Part shown: piece by piece, positions 51,878 through 64,000 of the stretch
How positions within the stretch are numbered: the first letter of the stretch is position 1
Layout of the letters: every line of letters starts with the position of its first letter
Assembly (NCBI GenBank): GCA_001949185.1
Contig: BDGG01000012.1
Coordinates: 1,294,973 to 1,358,972, forward strand
DNA: 64,000 nucleotides
DNA from: Ramazzottius varieornatus
Lineage: Eukaryota; Animalia; Tardigrada
Reading direction: 5' to 3'
Notes under the pieces: model-generated
The model's database searches: none
The model's input: only the letters and a program-made list of their open reading frames with translations
Told to the model about the DNA's origin: nothing
Made by a program: the position numbers and the translations under genes

Positions 51878-52809
51878 CTAAAGAAGTACTTATCCATTCG
51901 ACTTTCCATTCGACTTTCAGCTCGCGCTCTTCTATTCTATTTATTTTTCACCTAGCTGTGTCTGATTGACACATTGACAAACAATAATTTAGTTTGGGTT
52001 CTCCGACTACTTCCGGTCCGCAGTGCAGACCGGCTAAAGTGTGCATAGTTCTTCTAGGCACAGTACTCTCACCACTCCGATGGATATCCGGTTGAATTAT
52101 GACCTAAGAACGCCACTCTTTCACCACCGCGTCCGCCTGTACGAAGACTTGCAGATGCAAAAAATCCCGCCTAGTCGCAAGCGGACTGAGTGGTTCGCCT
52201 TCGGGCTCGACATATATATGTGTTGACGAGGTCTTCCGTAAGTCCCAATAAAGTTTGGTCAAGGATAGAAGCCGGAAACGTTTTGTCTGATGTCTTGAGA
52301 GGTATTCCCGGAGGTAGTTGCGAACAAACCAGCCATTTCCCGTCGACTCCCGCGGCAGCCGCAGGAGCGATAAAAGGTTCACCGGAAACTGGAACTGGAT
52401 CATGGACGTACGTACTACGCACGGCCGCTCTGGCTATCCGCTGCAGAACGGGACGGGCACCTAGACGTCACAGCGAGTGCGATTGCAAACTTGGCTCGCA
52501 TTTGCGAGAATTCGATTTGACGTCACTTCATGCATCACTAGTAAATGAACGGAGCGAACGATAGGGGCGGATAAATAATGAACGGAAGATTAATTAAACC
52601 AGGCCGGCAAGAGGCATCTTGCCATTCAGAGAACTTCGTTAGGAATTTTGTGTTGAATTTATGTTGGCTCTTGAGATTTCTTCGTGGTGCTTGTTCTGGT
52701 TTACCAGCTAAGGTCCTCGTGACGACTTGCATCCTTTTCCCCAGCTCTCGAACTCATTTCCCTTATCCTTTGACGTTTTAGAACTGTCCACTGCAGTACA
52801 CACTTCGAA

Positions 52810-53433
52810 ATGGCCAGCAAGGAAGAACTAGCCTGCGTCTATTCCGCTCTCATTCTGTTGGATGACGATGTCGCCGTCACGGTACGTTCTCATACATTCC
52901 CACTGTTGAAGTTTGAAGTATAACATCTTGTGTTCCAGGGAGACAAGATCCAGACACTCCTGAAAGCCGCCAGCGTCGATGTTGAGCCATATTGGCCCGG
53001 TAAGCTGGATCGTTCTTTGCTGCATCATAACACAGTTGTTTTGATTGATCATTGATTATGTGGCTGTCTTGATTGTTGCATAAGATTCCGTGGCCCCGTA
53101 CTGCAAGTGACATTGCTTCGTTTTCTCGTAGATCTGTTTGCCCGGTCGCTCGAATCAGTCAGTTTGAAAGAACTTGTGTCCAGCTTTGGCAGTGCCGCTC
53201 CTGCTGCTGCACCGGCTGCTGCAGCCGCGCCTGCTGCTGCCGCAGCTCCTGCCGCAGAGGACAAGGGAAAGAAAGAAGGTGAGCAAAAAACTGCCCAGAA
53301 GACGTTCGATGGATTCAGGATTTATGTCGTATGTCACAGCTAAACGTAACGTGTATCTTTCTTTCCAGACAAGAAGGCCGCCAAAGAAGAAGAACCAGAG
53401 GATGAGGATATGGGTTTTGGCTTGTTTGATTAG
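52810..53433 (+). CDS. RPLP1: 60S acidic ribosomal protein P1, 4 coding exons
   Basis: [44 protein letters not shown], Ala-rich hinge, and EDEDMGFGLFD*. Confidence 0.97.
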
Positions 53434-53805
53434 AGCGTTTTTGGTTTTGTTCTCTACTTCAAATTTGCGTTTCCTTTGTCATGGAGAATCATGTATTAAA
53501 GTAATTAAAATCCTAGCTTGACAAACCGTCCATCTGCGTTTCTGGTGATGCTAGTTCTGCGCAAGATCTTCGGTCCAGGGTTAGGCCGGTAGCATTCCAT
53601 TACTAGCTGTCTCAATCAGGCCAGAACACAGTCGAGATGAATTAGCCGCTCTGCTGCTGCTAAGACTCAAATAGAAAACTGTATAGACAAAGGTTCACCG
53701 GGAAAGATTATCAGAAAGTATCATGTGGAAACGGACTGAGAATAACTCATGACTACGAGTGTCATGAAACACTGCATTACGAACGAGGTGCGAAAGAAAC
53801 GACGT

Positions 53806-56800
53806 CTAGAGACGATTACGTATCAGCATTTCCAGCTTCCTTATTCTGCCAGACTCTGGCTCGTTCCCTAGCGCAGATGCGTCGCCTTGAGCCGCCGCGG
53901 TAGCTAGCTGAGTCTGCGAAGTGGAAGGCCCTTGGTTTCGATACAGCTCCAGGAAAGTCGCCTGTTCTCCTCGTTTGATATTCTGCAATGAGAAGCATCA
54001 GTTCAAACTTCAAACTTCTGAGAGATCGGTTCGTATACTTATGGGGAAAGTATTCATCTGATTCGATGACCATACCTTCATTTCTAAGATCTTCTGCAGC
54101 TCACTGGAATCCGAATCAGGTAGTAACTGAGTATACTTCTCGACGAAGACATTGGGGTTATCCGTGGGAGCCATCACGACCTTGAGGATCATTTCCGCCT
54201 TGGTCATTCCTTTCACGACTATTTTCGTGAAGCTAGAAAGCAGACCGACTGAGACTTGGAACTACTACACAGCGAAGACGTTGCGAAAGTAGGAATCGTC
54301 CGGATCAAGGTTTTACCTGGAGGGCGGTTTTCTGGAGATCTGAGAACCGAGGGAAGGCAAGTCCAAAAGGACGGTTTTCAGCATATGCGTATCCAGTAGA
54401 AGCTGTTCCGCACCCACTGCGCTGATGGTCTTGCACTTGTATATGTGCGCAACATACTTTGGAATGAAGGTGTTGGCGAACTTGATACAAAACTGAGTGA
54501 AGAACTTGCGCGAAGAACTCAAGTAGTTCCGAAGAATGGGAAGCGTAGTTCGAAGATGCGTTACGATGGCACTGACGAACCCACTCTGGTCTCCTACCAC
54601 CTCCACTGACTGCCATTGTCGCTTCGTCATCGCGATCAGAGCTGGTTCACAGGCGGTTTCCAAATCGTTGACCAGCAGCTGAATGCTGGTAGTTATCACG
54701 CTGGAAAAGATTTGGATACAAGTTAGTGAATAGTGTGCTGCAAAGGGGTCAGCAACCAAACTGCGTCCGACGCATTACACCTGCATACTCTTACACCGCA
54801 ATAACAACACATCGTCATGTATGCAAGCGCATGACGTTTGTCTGCCCGGCTTCCGCTTAGACAAATCAAACTTTAGAATTCAAAGAAAACGAACTGGTTC
54901 TGGTCCATAAATAACGCGAACTGGACCACTTACGAGTTGAAGACTGTCTGTTCGGGGGAGAAGTCGATGTCCGCAGCAAATTCCGCTCCCGCTTTCTCCT
55001 TCAACTTGTCTTCCAGTTGCTGGATAGTCTCACAGCAGTACTCGGCTGTTGTAAGTATACTGCATATTTTCCGCACTTCCTCTTCGGTCAGACGACTGGG
55101 CGAAGGAGTTTCACCTTCTTTGAGGAAGGTCTGGATCAAACCGGTAGTTGCAGCTGCTATGCTGGCAGCTGTGCTGGAGTTCTTCGGGAAGTTTGCGACC
55201 AAGACCCTGTTTGCGTAGGTCTTGAGGTACTTCCGGAATACTCCAGCTAACTGGACGAGTGCCTGGCCGCTGTATGTCATCTGACCACACTGAAGCAGAC
55301 ACTTCTTGTAAAACACGAAGAGGTCCGCGCAACTTGGTAGAACTGCTCCCAATCCACCTTCTTGCGGACAGTTTTCGGTCGGCCTAGCCACACCCTTCAA
55401 CCGGAAGTCTTCTGCGAACCTATCCATCAGTTCAGCCAGATTCCTACCAATAGAGAAAATGTTAATCTTGAATTCTACCACATCACCTACAGCTTCCTAC
55501 CGGTCTTGGGCATCAACGTATATGTCCATGAAGGGTTCAAAGCATCTGGAAATAGCTCCTTGGAATGGGTTGGATGGGACTTTGACGAACTGTTCCGTGC
55601 TTTTCTCGTCTTTGAGCCCGTTGTCTCCGTCAGACTGGAAAGGGTTCTTGTCATCTGGATAGCTTATGGGTGGCGCCAGTTTTGGCATCTCAGTTAGTGA
55701 GGCCTGTGCACACAAACGTTTCATACAGTCAAGGAAGCCGATAACCCATCTTCACCTACTGATTCGCTCACGAAGGCGGCCAGCGGAATAGCTGGATCGG
55801 GGAACCGCTTAACCAGGAAGGACTCGAATAGCATCGTTTTCTGAATGGCGAAGAGCAAAAGTTTCACATCGATTTCGCTTCTTCTGTGTAGCATTACTTT
55901 TCCGAGTTCTGACCTACGATAAAAGAGAACACTAGTTTTAAACGAAATATTTAAGTACGCTCTAAAAGCAAACGTTTTTGTGGGTTTCACGTATTTTTGT
56001 TCACGGTTTGGCGGTCAAGGATTATGTATCTTCTAATTGAGTACTGTACGTGCGTTGGTCTTCTGATAATGACAAACCGGAATAGCCCATATGCATGATT
56101 CTGTACGTAAGACGCCTAAGGCCAGTCACGGTTGACAAACGACCTAATTTCCCAGTCATAATATTCTACCACACCTGCAGTGAAAAAACGCAGTGCGAAC
56201 ACTTGCATCATCTCGGTGGATGCCAAGGATGTAGAAAATGGACAGCGTTCTTCTGATTTTACTCCTCTCCTTCACCTACTCTGCCGACGCAGAGCAAAGC
56301 TATGGACGAAAAGTGGGAACCTTCCAACAAAAGTCGCATCAGGTATATTCCATCTATCAGTCTACTATTGATAGTCAGGTTTATGATGAAATATTTTGTC
56401 GACAGGTTCGTGGTGAAGTCTATGCTGTAAACAGCACAACCTTCCTTCTAAAGAACTTCATGTATGATGGAATGGGAACTGACACCTACTTCTTCGTCGG
56501 TTCGTCGAAAGAGCCCTCGGAACGTGGTACGCTAGTGGCCGATGAAACAGGCAAGACCAATCTGTTGCGGCAGTACATGGGAGAAGACCTGCTCATTAGC
56601 ATCCCGGACGACAAAACCATCCCCGAATTCAAGTGGCTGGCAGTGTGGGACGTATCCGAGCAGAAGAGTTACGGGGACGTCCAGATACCCGCCCAGTTCG
56701 ATCCGCCAAAGCAACAACTTCTGGGCGAATTCCTTCAAACATACCACGGTGTGAAGTCTGGCGATATCAAAGTTATAGATTCGAAAACCTTGCGCATTCC

Positions 56801-59800
56801 CAACTTCCACTTCGATGGCGCAGCCGACGCCATCTTTTTCGCGGGTATCGGGCAAGTACCGTCGTCCCACGGACTACAGGTCCCGACGGAAACAGGATAT
56901 GATAAACTAAATAGATACACTGGACAAATCCTAACTTTGAGATTGCCTGGCGAAACCACAGTGCTAGACATCGACTGGCTGTGTGTGTGGGACCCGACAT
57001 ACAGTCAAAGTTACGGATACGTCCTGGTACCTGCTAACCTCAACATTCCACCGTCACTGGGAAGCCTCATTGGAATCGGGTATTCCAGACTGCCGAACTG
57101 TGAACGTCTTCATCAGCGACTTCAGGTATGGAATCTTGAATGGAGCAGAGGATCGTATAAACATCTCGAAAAGCTTATGTAACAACATTTCAGGTTAGCT
57201 GGGAAGTGTTTGGAGGTTACCTTACAATTCAACTAGCGGGGCTGATCGACGAAGACGAGTACATGGCGTTCGGGTACAGCGGAAGCAACAACGCCTCGAC
57301 CATGATAGGCTCCGATGTCGCCATAGCCTGGTGGGATGGTCTCGGGAAAGTGGAAGATTTCTTCATCACAGCGAAAGCTCCCTGCTCAAACATCGACGGA
57401 GTTAAGGGCGGCGTTTGCGCGGACACGATGCTTGGCGGCGTCAACGATCTGATGGCATTGGAAACGAAACGTGAAGGTGGACTGACCATCATTTCCTACC
57501 AAAGGCCGCTGAAGACCACTGACGCCTCATTCGACCATATGATAGTGCCCGAAGAACCCGTCTACATTGTATGGTCCATAGGTCCCCTGGACTCCCAACG
57601 ACAACCGTCAAAGCATTCCCTCTACTCTCGGTCCGATAGACAACTACGGTTCGGAAGAGCCAGCGAGAAAAACTGCGACAAGTTTGACACTGGGGTTGTC
57701 AGAAACCGACCAACTCCGTGGCCAGGTAGGACACCCAGTACCCTAATACTATATCTCCTCCAATTCTGACAGTGGTTTCGTACAGGGATCAAACTGACCG
57801 GAGACCGTCATCGTTCCTTCGTGGCTCAAATTGGTCCATCGGGTGGCGCCAAAGGTTATGAAGGCTTGACAGGTTTCCATTCCTGGGGCTTGGCGTGGTT
57901 CATCAACGGAACCCTCGTGCCTGAACTCGTCCTCAAGCGTGGAGTAACATACACCTTCTACGTACAAGGCGGGAAGAACTCGCAAAACCTCGAGTACTAC
58001 CATCCCCTGTACATCACCTCTGAGCCGGACGGTGGGTTCGCCCAAAAAAAGGATGCCGACCGTCAGCGAGCCCGAGTATACGCTGGAGTTCGGCGAGGTC
58101 GCAACAATGAATACGAAGCCACAGCAGCTGGTCCGTTATGCGTTTGGAAAGAACTGACCAACAACGTCAAGGCGGAAGACTATAACAACTTTTTCGCCTA
58201 CAAGAGCCAGCTGGACTATGCTTGTGAACCTGGCCAACCTGGTGTACTCACCTTCACTCCGGACTCTTCCATGCCAGATACCATGTACTACCAAAGCTAC
58301 ACGCAACGGAATCTTGGATGGAAGATAACTTTGGTAGACAATTTTGACGATCCCTCTCTTGCTCAAGTGTATCGAAGTGCTACTTCCGCCTCGAATTCAA
58401 TCGACGATCCTGATGTATCGAACTCGTCGTCTAGAAGAACCACCCACAACCTGACCATCTACCTATCGTTTTGTTACCTCGTCCTCATTACGTTACGAAC
58501 ATTTGAGCAGTAGTAGCGATAACGAATAAAGGACTCACCTCGTGATGTCGCAGAACTCCAGCGCGATTTGTTCGGACACTCCCCAGTCCAGCGGGAACAT
58601 CGGTCCGAAACGCTTCTCGAAATCCACGAGCGTAGTCTTTAGCCAAGTGAATCGCTTCTCCACTTTGTCCAGCCAGGCGTTCTGAATCATTCAAAGTCAA
58701 ATTCGATAGGCCCTCCAAGTGTGGAAGAAAGATAGGAGGCACGACTCACGTCTTGTGAGCCTTCAAACAGCACCGTGTATTCCGAAAGTTGCATTTTGAT
58801 GAACCAACTTAATAACTCTTTCCTGCAAAGTAAACAGTTACAAAGGAGCACGAGACGCCCATCCCTAAATTAAAGGTTCTCACGTACTTTATCTGAGGGT
58901 CCAGGACAGATACGACACGGCATGCATCTGCCAACTGTTGCGACGGGGTTCCTTGCTTAGCGTTCGCCATGGAGAATGCCGCTCTAAAATCTGTTAACAG
59001 CTGCGCTCCGAGCTCTTGGCGGATTTTGCCTAACCTAGAAACAGAATGGTGTATTACGTTCAATAGCATTCCAAAGACATTTTGTGCCACAACAGACTCA
59101 CAGGAGACTGTTTGACCAACGACTATACGAGATAGAACGTAACAGAGGAACCTCACCGATCAGCCAGCACGCGAATCTCCGGGATCACCAAGTACTTGTC
59201 AAAGTGTTCCAGGACGTGCATCAAACCCTGCAATAGGTTTGCGATTTCTCCATACTGACGACGGCTTTGAAGGGACCTGCGGAACCATAATAGTTGAGTT
59301 AGAATTTCCCAGCCTTACAGCGAACTCGACATAACCTACTCTAGGGTATCCACACCTCCAACCAGCATATGCAAGTGGTTAAGAGTCGTGATGGAAGCTG
59401 TAAGGTTCTTCTTAGCGTGATCCAGCTGTTTGATGTCGCCAGTTATAGACTTGACCATTTCCTCGGACTTCTCCGCTTTCTGCTTGATGTCTCGAATCTG
59501 GACGAACAACTGACCGATGGCTTCCTGTGCGTCCTTCAGCGCATTCTGTCCATCGGCTCCCGCCTCAGTCTGCGTCCGTAAGGTATCGCGGATCTGTCCG
59601 TCAAGGTAGCGAATTTCCTGTTTCACTTTCACGATAGCGTCATCGATGTTGGTGAGTGACTGTTCGGTTGGAAATAGCGTGTTAATGTAATCCACCACGT
59701 TAAACTCTACCCCATCCAGCGGGTCCAGGCTTGGGTACACCTATAACATGACACCAGCCGTACGTCTGCCACGCTGGTGAACGGTCTTCGATTTACAAAA

Positions 59801-59937
59801 GCGCGACGAGAGACCTGAAGTAATTTCTACAGCGTTGCGAAGTTTGCACATACCTCTTGCATGGCTTGCAGTATATCCACAGGTAAGACCAGCCCTTTGG
59901 AGTCCATGGGTTCCCGATCGCCTCCCTGTGCGTCCAT
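53806..59937 (-). CDS. VPS53: Vacuolar protein sorting-associated protein 53 (GARP/EARP subunit)
   Basis: [99 protein letters not shown]. Confidence 0.95.
56238..58513 (+). CDS. Knickkopf/Skeletor-like protein (signal peptide, 2x DM13, DOMON, C-terminal domain, GPI-type tail), nested in a VPS53 intron
   Basis: DM13-1 [30 protein letters not shown]; DM13-2 [21 protein letters not shown]; [23 protein letters not shown]; [42 protein letters not shown]; hydrophobic C-terminus. Confidence 0.88.
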
Positions 59938-60224
59938 CCTGCACGTAATCCACTGATCGACTGCCGAGGTTCGGGGTAGGAATATGCACTTTATTTCCAA
60001 CCTATCCAGCTGCGCTGGCTGAATTTTTTTTTGGAATTCAGCTTTCGGAACGTCGGGATTCCGGCAAGAAATCACAACAAATCAACTGTTCAAAACTTTG
60101 CACAGCCACCGAACGCGTTGTTTTTCGCAAACTCATTTCCGTGACTTCCGACCAGCAGCACTTGATTGGTCTGCGACTCTGCGGTCCCCACTCCCCACTC
60201 CTCAGTGTGACAGAATCCGCATAA

Positions 60225-60409
60225 TATAGAGATTGCGAGCGCCCACGCACTAGTATAATTCGCTACGCACAAGAACATCGTGACGTCATACGTAAACATT
60301 GTGCGACTCTTTTAACACAGAGCCTACGAGACGAGGTTGTTCCTAGGATGTCACGATGTTCCTGTGCATAGCGAATTGTGCTAGTGCGCTTTCGCTCGCA
60401 ATCTGTATA
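60225..60409. mobile_element. Palindromic MITE-like element (185 bp) in the VPS53/OATP divergent region
   Basis: 66-nt inverted arms at 60225-60290 and 60344-60409 with about 11 mismatches (agattgcgagcg..gcactag..aattcgcta..gaacatcgtgac). TA-rich ends. Confidence 0.75.
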
Positions 60410-60896
60410 ATTACTGTAGTAATTACTGGAACATGAAAAATCTCCTGCACCTTGATACCATTCGCTTCATCCCTGTTTGCTGGCTGATTAGGAGCGAAAG
60501 TCTTGGACGATAGCCGTTTATCTTCCGTCATACTCGCCAGGCGAAACAGCAATCTCAGTGGTGAGTCGGCGCAGCCTTACAGAGTTACGCGGCATCGTAC
60601 AAGACTACAAGCGCTGGTCGGACTATTTCGCTATGTGATCCTCATCGTCGTGTACCTTCCGGATTCTATGACACTACGGGTATCACACATAACTTCTCCA
60701 CGCTGGTTTTTGGTTCTGTAGAGAGAGCTTTCTGAATGCAGCTGAGGGAGTTATCGGTTTCTCGTCCATTTGCTGTATGAACTGTACTAATAATGATCTG
60801 TTTTTAGTGTCGCTTAAATTATATGGAGCCCACATATCAAATCGAGTCCCGCAGTTTCAGATAGCCGGGAACGAAGTACAATGAGAAGACTCCGTT

Positions 60897-63812
60897 ATGC
60901 ATTTACTGACTGTGCAGTCTCCTCTGCGGGAAAGTACGGAGGAAATATTTGGTACGACGCGTTATCACGTTATATATACCGTAATTATATTATGCGGTGG
61001 AGGCGATCACCATTCTTATTGTGTTGTATGCTGCGCAGTATGGAGACGAACTGTTCTTGTTTTTTTTCAGATGACAGCGAGATAGAGATGATGAGTGCGA
61101 AAAATAACGATGCGCCCGCGGTGAGATCAAGACCAACCTCTTCGACATTGCCTAATGGGTTCTCCGGCCCATGCTACATCGACACTGGTCAGTCAGGTAC
61201 ACCGTCTCCGGAGCCTGTGAATGACGAGAAGGGTGGACTGAGACGCCTCCAGCCAGCCTTTCTGCAGCGCTTCGCCACCGCCAAATGTCTTCTCGTCTTT
61301 CTTTCCCTCGCAGCTTTCACGCAAGCGATGATAATTAACGGTCCGAATGAAGAAGTTATATTCTGATTCAGTCCGCGATTTCTGCGTTCAACACCACCGT
61401 ACAATGAGTCAAACCTGACTTTGTTTTTCAGGACTGATAAATGTAGTAATAACGACGATTGAAAAGCGCTTTAGCCTTGCCAGTCAAGACACGGGCTTGA
61501 TAGCGTCCAGCTACGACATCGCCTGCCTGATAGTCTTACTTCCGGTTAGCTATTTCGGCGGTCATGGACAACGGTCAAAATGGCTGGGTATCGGGATGGC
61601 TATCGTCGGTTTCGGGAGCCTGCTGTTCTCAGTACCGCACTTCTTAGTGGATAACTATCAGGTCGCGGGAAACCTGACGGACCTTTGTGTCCTGGGAGCG
61701 AGGAGCCCGCCACCGCAGTGTCGTTCGCCACTGTCCAGAATGAAGAACTTCTTTATATTTGCTCAACTGCTACACGGCCTCGGTTCCGCGCCATTGTACA
61801 CATTAGGCGTGGCGTTTCTAGGTAAGAAAAGCTGAACAGAAATCGCTCGAGAGGACGACAAAGTCGACTGCATTCAACCTGCGTACTAGATTTCGCACTG
61901 AATGTGCGGGTCGCTGTACGTATGTGTGCGAAAGGTGTCTATATTATCTCTGTTCCTTATTATTCGATGTTTGCTTTTGTCGCGATTCTTTGTAGATGAC
62001 AGTGTCCCTCAGAAGATGTCATCGATGTACGTCGGTATCTACTACGCATGCTCGATGTTGGGTCCTGCGGTGGGATACTTGGTCGGGGGGCAGCTCCTGA
62101 AGATCTATATTGACTTTGACAGGGTAACTACGTGAGTACGATTCATGCATAAGGTGAATTCGCGATCGCTTGCATTTGCGGAGCGTTCAATTTACGACTC
62201 GGTGTGTTGCAGGTGGACTATAACGGGTGATTCTCCAGCTTGGTTGGGCGCCTGGTGGATAGGGTTCCTCGGGATGGGCTGTTTGGCGCTGGTGATAAGC
62301 CTTCCCCTGCTGCTGTTTCCATCAGACCTTCCGAACTCTCGAAAGTTTCGAGCTGAGCGGAAGAAAGAGCACCGTTGTTCGCAGGTCGAGGAAAGGTCGG
62401 AGTTGCGACGTAGGCTCAGTGAGCTACCTCGAGCACTGAAGAGCCTACTGAGCAACAAGACATTTATGAGCATAAACCTCGCCGCAGCTGCTGATGGTAA
62501 GCTAAGTTTCGTCGTTCGTCTTCCTGGATTCGAAGTCCCCAATGAATTCTGCTGGAACAGAGGAACTCATAGAGAATACCGAATAATATACGTTCTTAAT
62601 AGCATTTCTGGTAATGGCGTTCTCGACATACGGTCCCAAAATCATTCAGTCGCAGTTCGGCTACTCGGCGTCCACTGCATCGGTCATTATGGGTGCAGTG
62701 ACCATTCCGATGGGAGCTGGTGGAATGTTTATCGGTGGCTATCTCGTCAAGCGATTCAACTTGGACTGCCGCGGGATTCTGAAGTTTTGCCTCGTGTGCA
62801 GCCTTGCAGCTTTGGCTACGATTTTTGTTTTACTCATCCGGTGTCCAAACGAGAGCTTTGTCGGCGTTAACGTACCGTACAACAGCAGGTCTGCTATGAA
62901 TTTTTGCTCTTGGATAATTACTGTTATTCAGAATGGCCGTGATTGTTTGCAGTCAGGGCCAGTTGAGAACGAAGAACCTTGTGGCATCCTGCAATGAAGA
63001 GTGTGACTGTCGGGCTTATCGCTACGACCCAGTCTGCGCTGTGGACACCAATGTGGCTTTCTTGACGCCTTGTCATGCTGGCTGCACAGCAGGAAAGGGA
63101 GGCAATGGGGCTGTGGTAAATCGATCTTCGAGAACACGTACTGGCTGACATTACTTACCGGTGTACTCTTTCATAGGAATTCTTTTCTTGTTCGTGCATC
63201 GGAACACCGTCTGGCCGCGACCCATCATTGCCGGTAGCCAAGAGGGAGTCATGTGCAACAACTTGTTCCAACTTGCACTACATCTTTCTGACGTTCTTCG
63301 CCCTTGTGATACTCTTCACTTTCCTGAGTGGTATTCCCGCAGTCAGCGCCACTCTTCGATGTGTTGAAGATGCTCAGCGACCATTCGCTATGGGCGTCCA
63401 ATGGATCGTAGTTCGTGCCTTAGGTAAGGCCCCAAACTAGTATTTTTATCGTTCAAATATTACTTCAGGACGTTCTACTTTTCGAGTTTTAGGCTCCATT
63501 CCTGGACCGTTGTCGATGGGTGCGCTGATCGACACAGTCTGCCTGTACTGGCAGAAGGATCCGTGTGGTTCTTCGGAGAATGACGGCAGGTGTCTCGTCT
63601 ACGACAATACCAACATGAGCAACGCGGTCTTCGCCGTGGCCGTCATCTGTAAAATCATGGCCACCGCTTTTTTCTTTTTGGGGTGGTGGCTGTACAGACC
63701 TCCTCTGGAGGAGGCAGCTGCAGACATGAAAGAGAACGCCAGCGATGCTACGCTGACCAATAGACAGTACGGCGTATCCACCACTTCTGTCCAGAGTATC
63801 CATGTGGATTAG
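60897..63812 (+). CDS. Second organic anion transporting polypeptide (SLCO4A1/Oatp26F-like); start uncertain (60897 or 61088)
   Basis: TTIEKRF, IASSYDIA, GSAPLYTLGVAFLDDSV, SPAWLGAWW, YGPKIIQSQF, CNEECDC..DPVC..TPCHAGC, LGSIPGP..IDTVCLYW..GRCLVYD. Confidence 0.92.
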
Positions 63813-64000
63813 TTCCCGGTTCGACTGGAATCTCACATTTTGTATGGCAATAATTTTACGGAATCTCAGGAAATCGAATCTACAATCTTTTTTCAAGTTT
63901 TCGAAAAGAGTATTCTAACTGGTTTTTTAACTGATTTTAAAAATCTTGATTTAATGTCCACATTTGTGTGCGAATTTGTGGAATTTTTTGAATCATGTAC

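Noticed and set aside
53000-53130. Possible snoRNA in an RPLP1 intron
   Set aside because: No convincing C/D or H/ACA box arrangement could be confirmed by eye.
1-64000. CRISPR arrays, operons, prokaryotic defence systems or horizontally acquired bacterial genes
   Set aside because: The sequence is eukaryotic with spliceosomal introns, all genes match animal families, and no repeat-spacer array was seen.

Overview
Gene-dense eukaryotic (animal) genomic DNA with short introns, mostly 50-100 bp. A knickkopf-type cuticle gene points to an ecdysozoan invertebrate; a compact tardigrade-like genome is plausible but is only an inference. About 20 spliced protein-coding genes are recognisable: PRODH, TFIIA large subunit, Rab14, a CAD-like multienzyme, BTBD10, CHCHD2/10, UQCC1, LDAH, ADAM17, SPAG1-like, GSKIP, archease, NSRP1, two OATP/SLCO transporters, a ZnT zinc exporter, EBAG9, RPLP1, VPS53, and a knickkopf/Skeletor-like gene nested antisense in a VPS53 intron. 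The most striking feature is the CAD-like gene (10645-19375). Its glutaminase and carbamoyl-phosphate synthetase active-site motifs are intact, but both its dihydroorotase and its aspartate transcarbamylase domains have lost their catalytic residues while keeping an open reading frame. Its linker is also packed with AGC-kinase motifs. This suggests a repurposed, CPS-only CAD paralog. Several MITE-like inverted-repeat elements are also visible: TA-flanked elements in divergent intergenic regions, a hAT-like element with an 8-bp TSD, and a related pair flanking the pseudo-DHO exon. All exon structures were assembled by eye.
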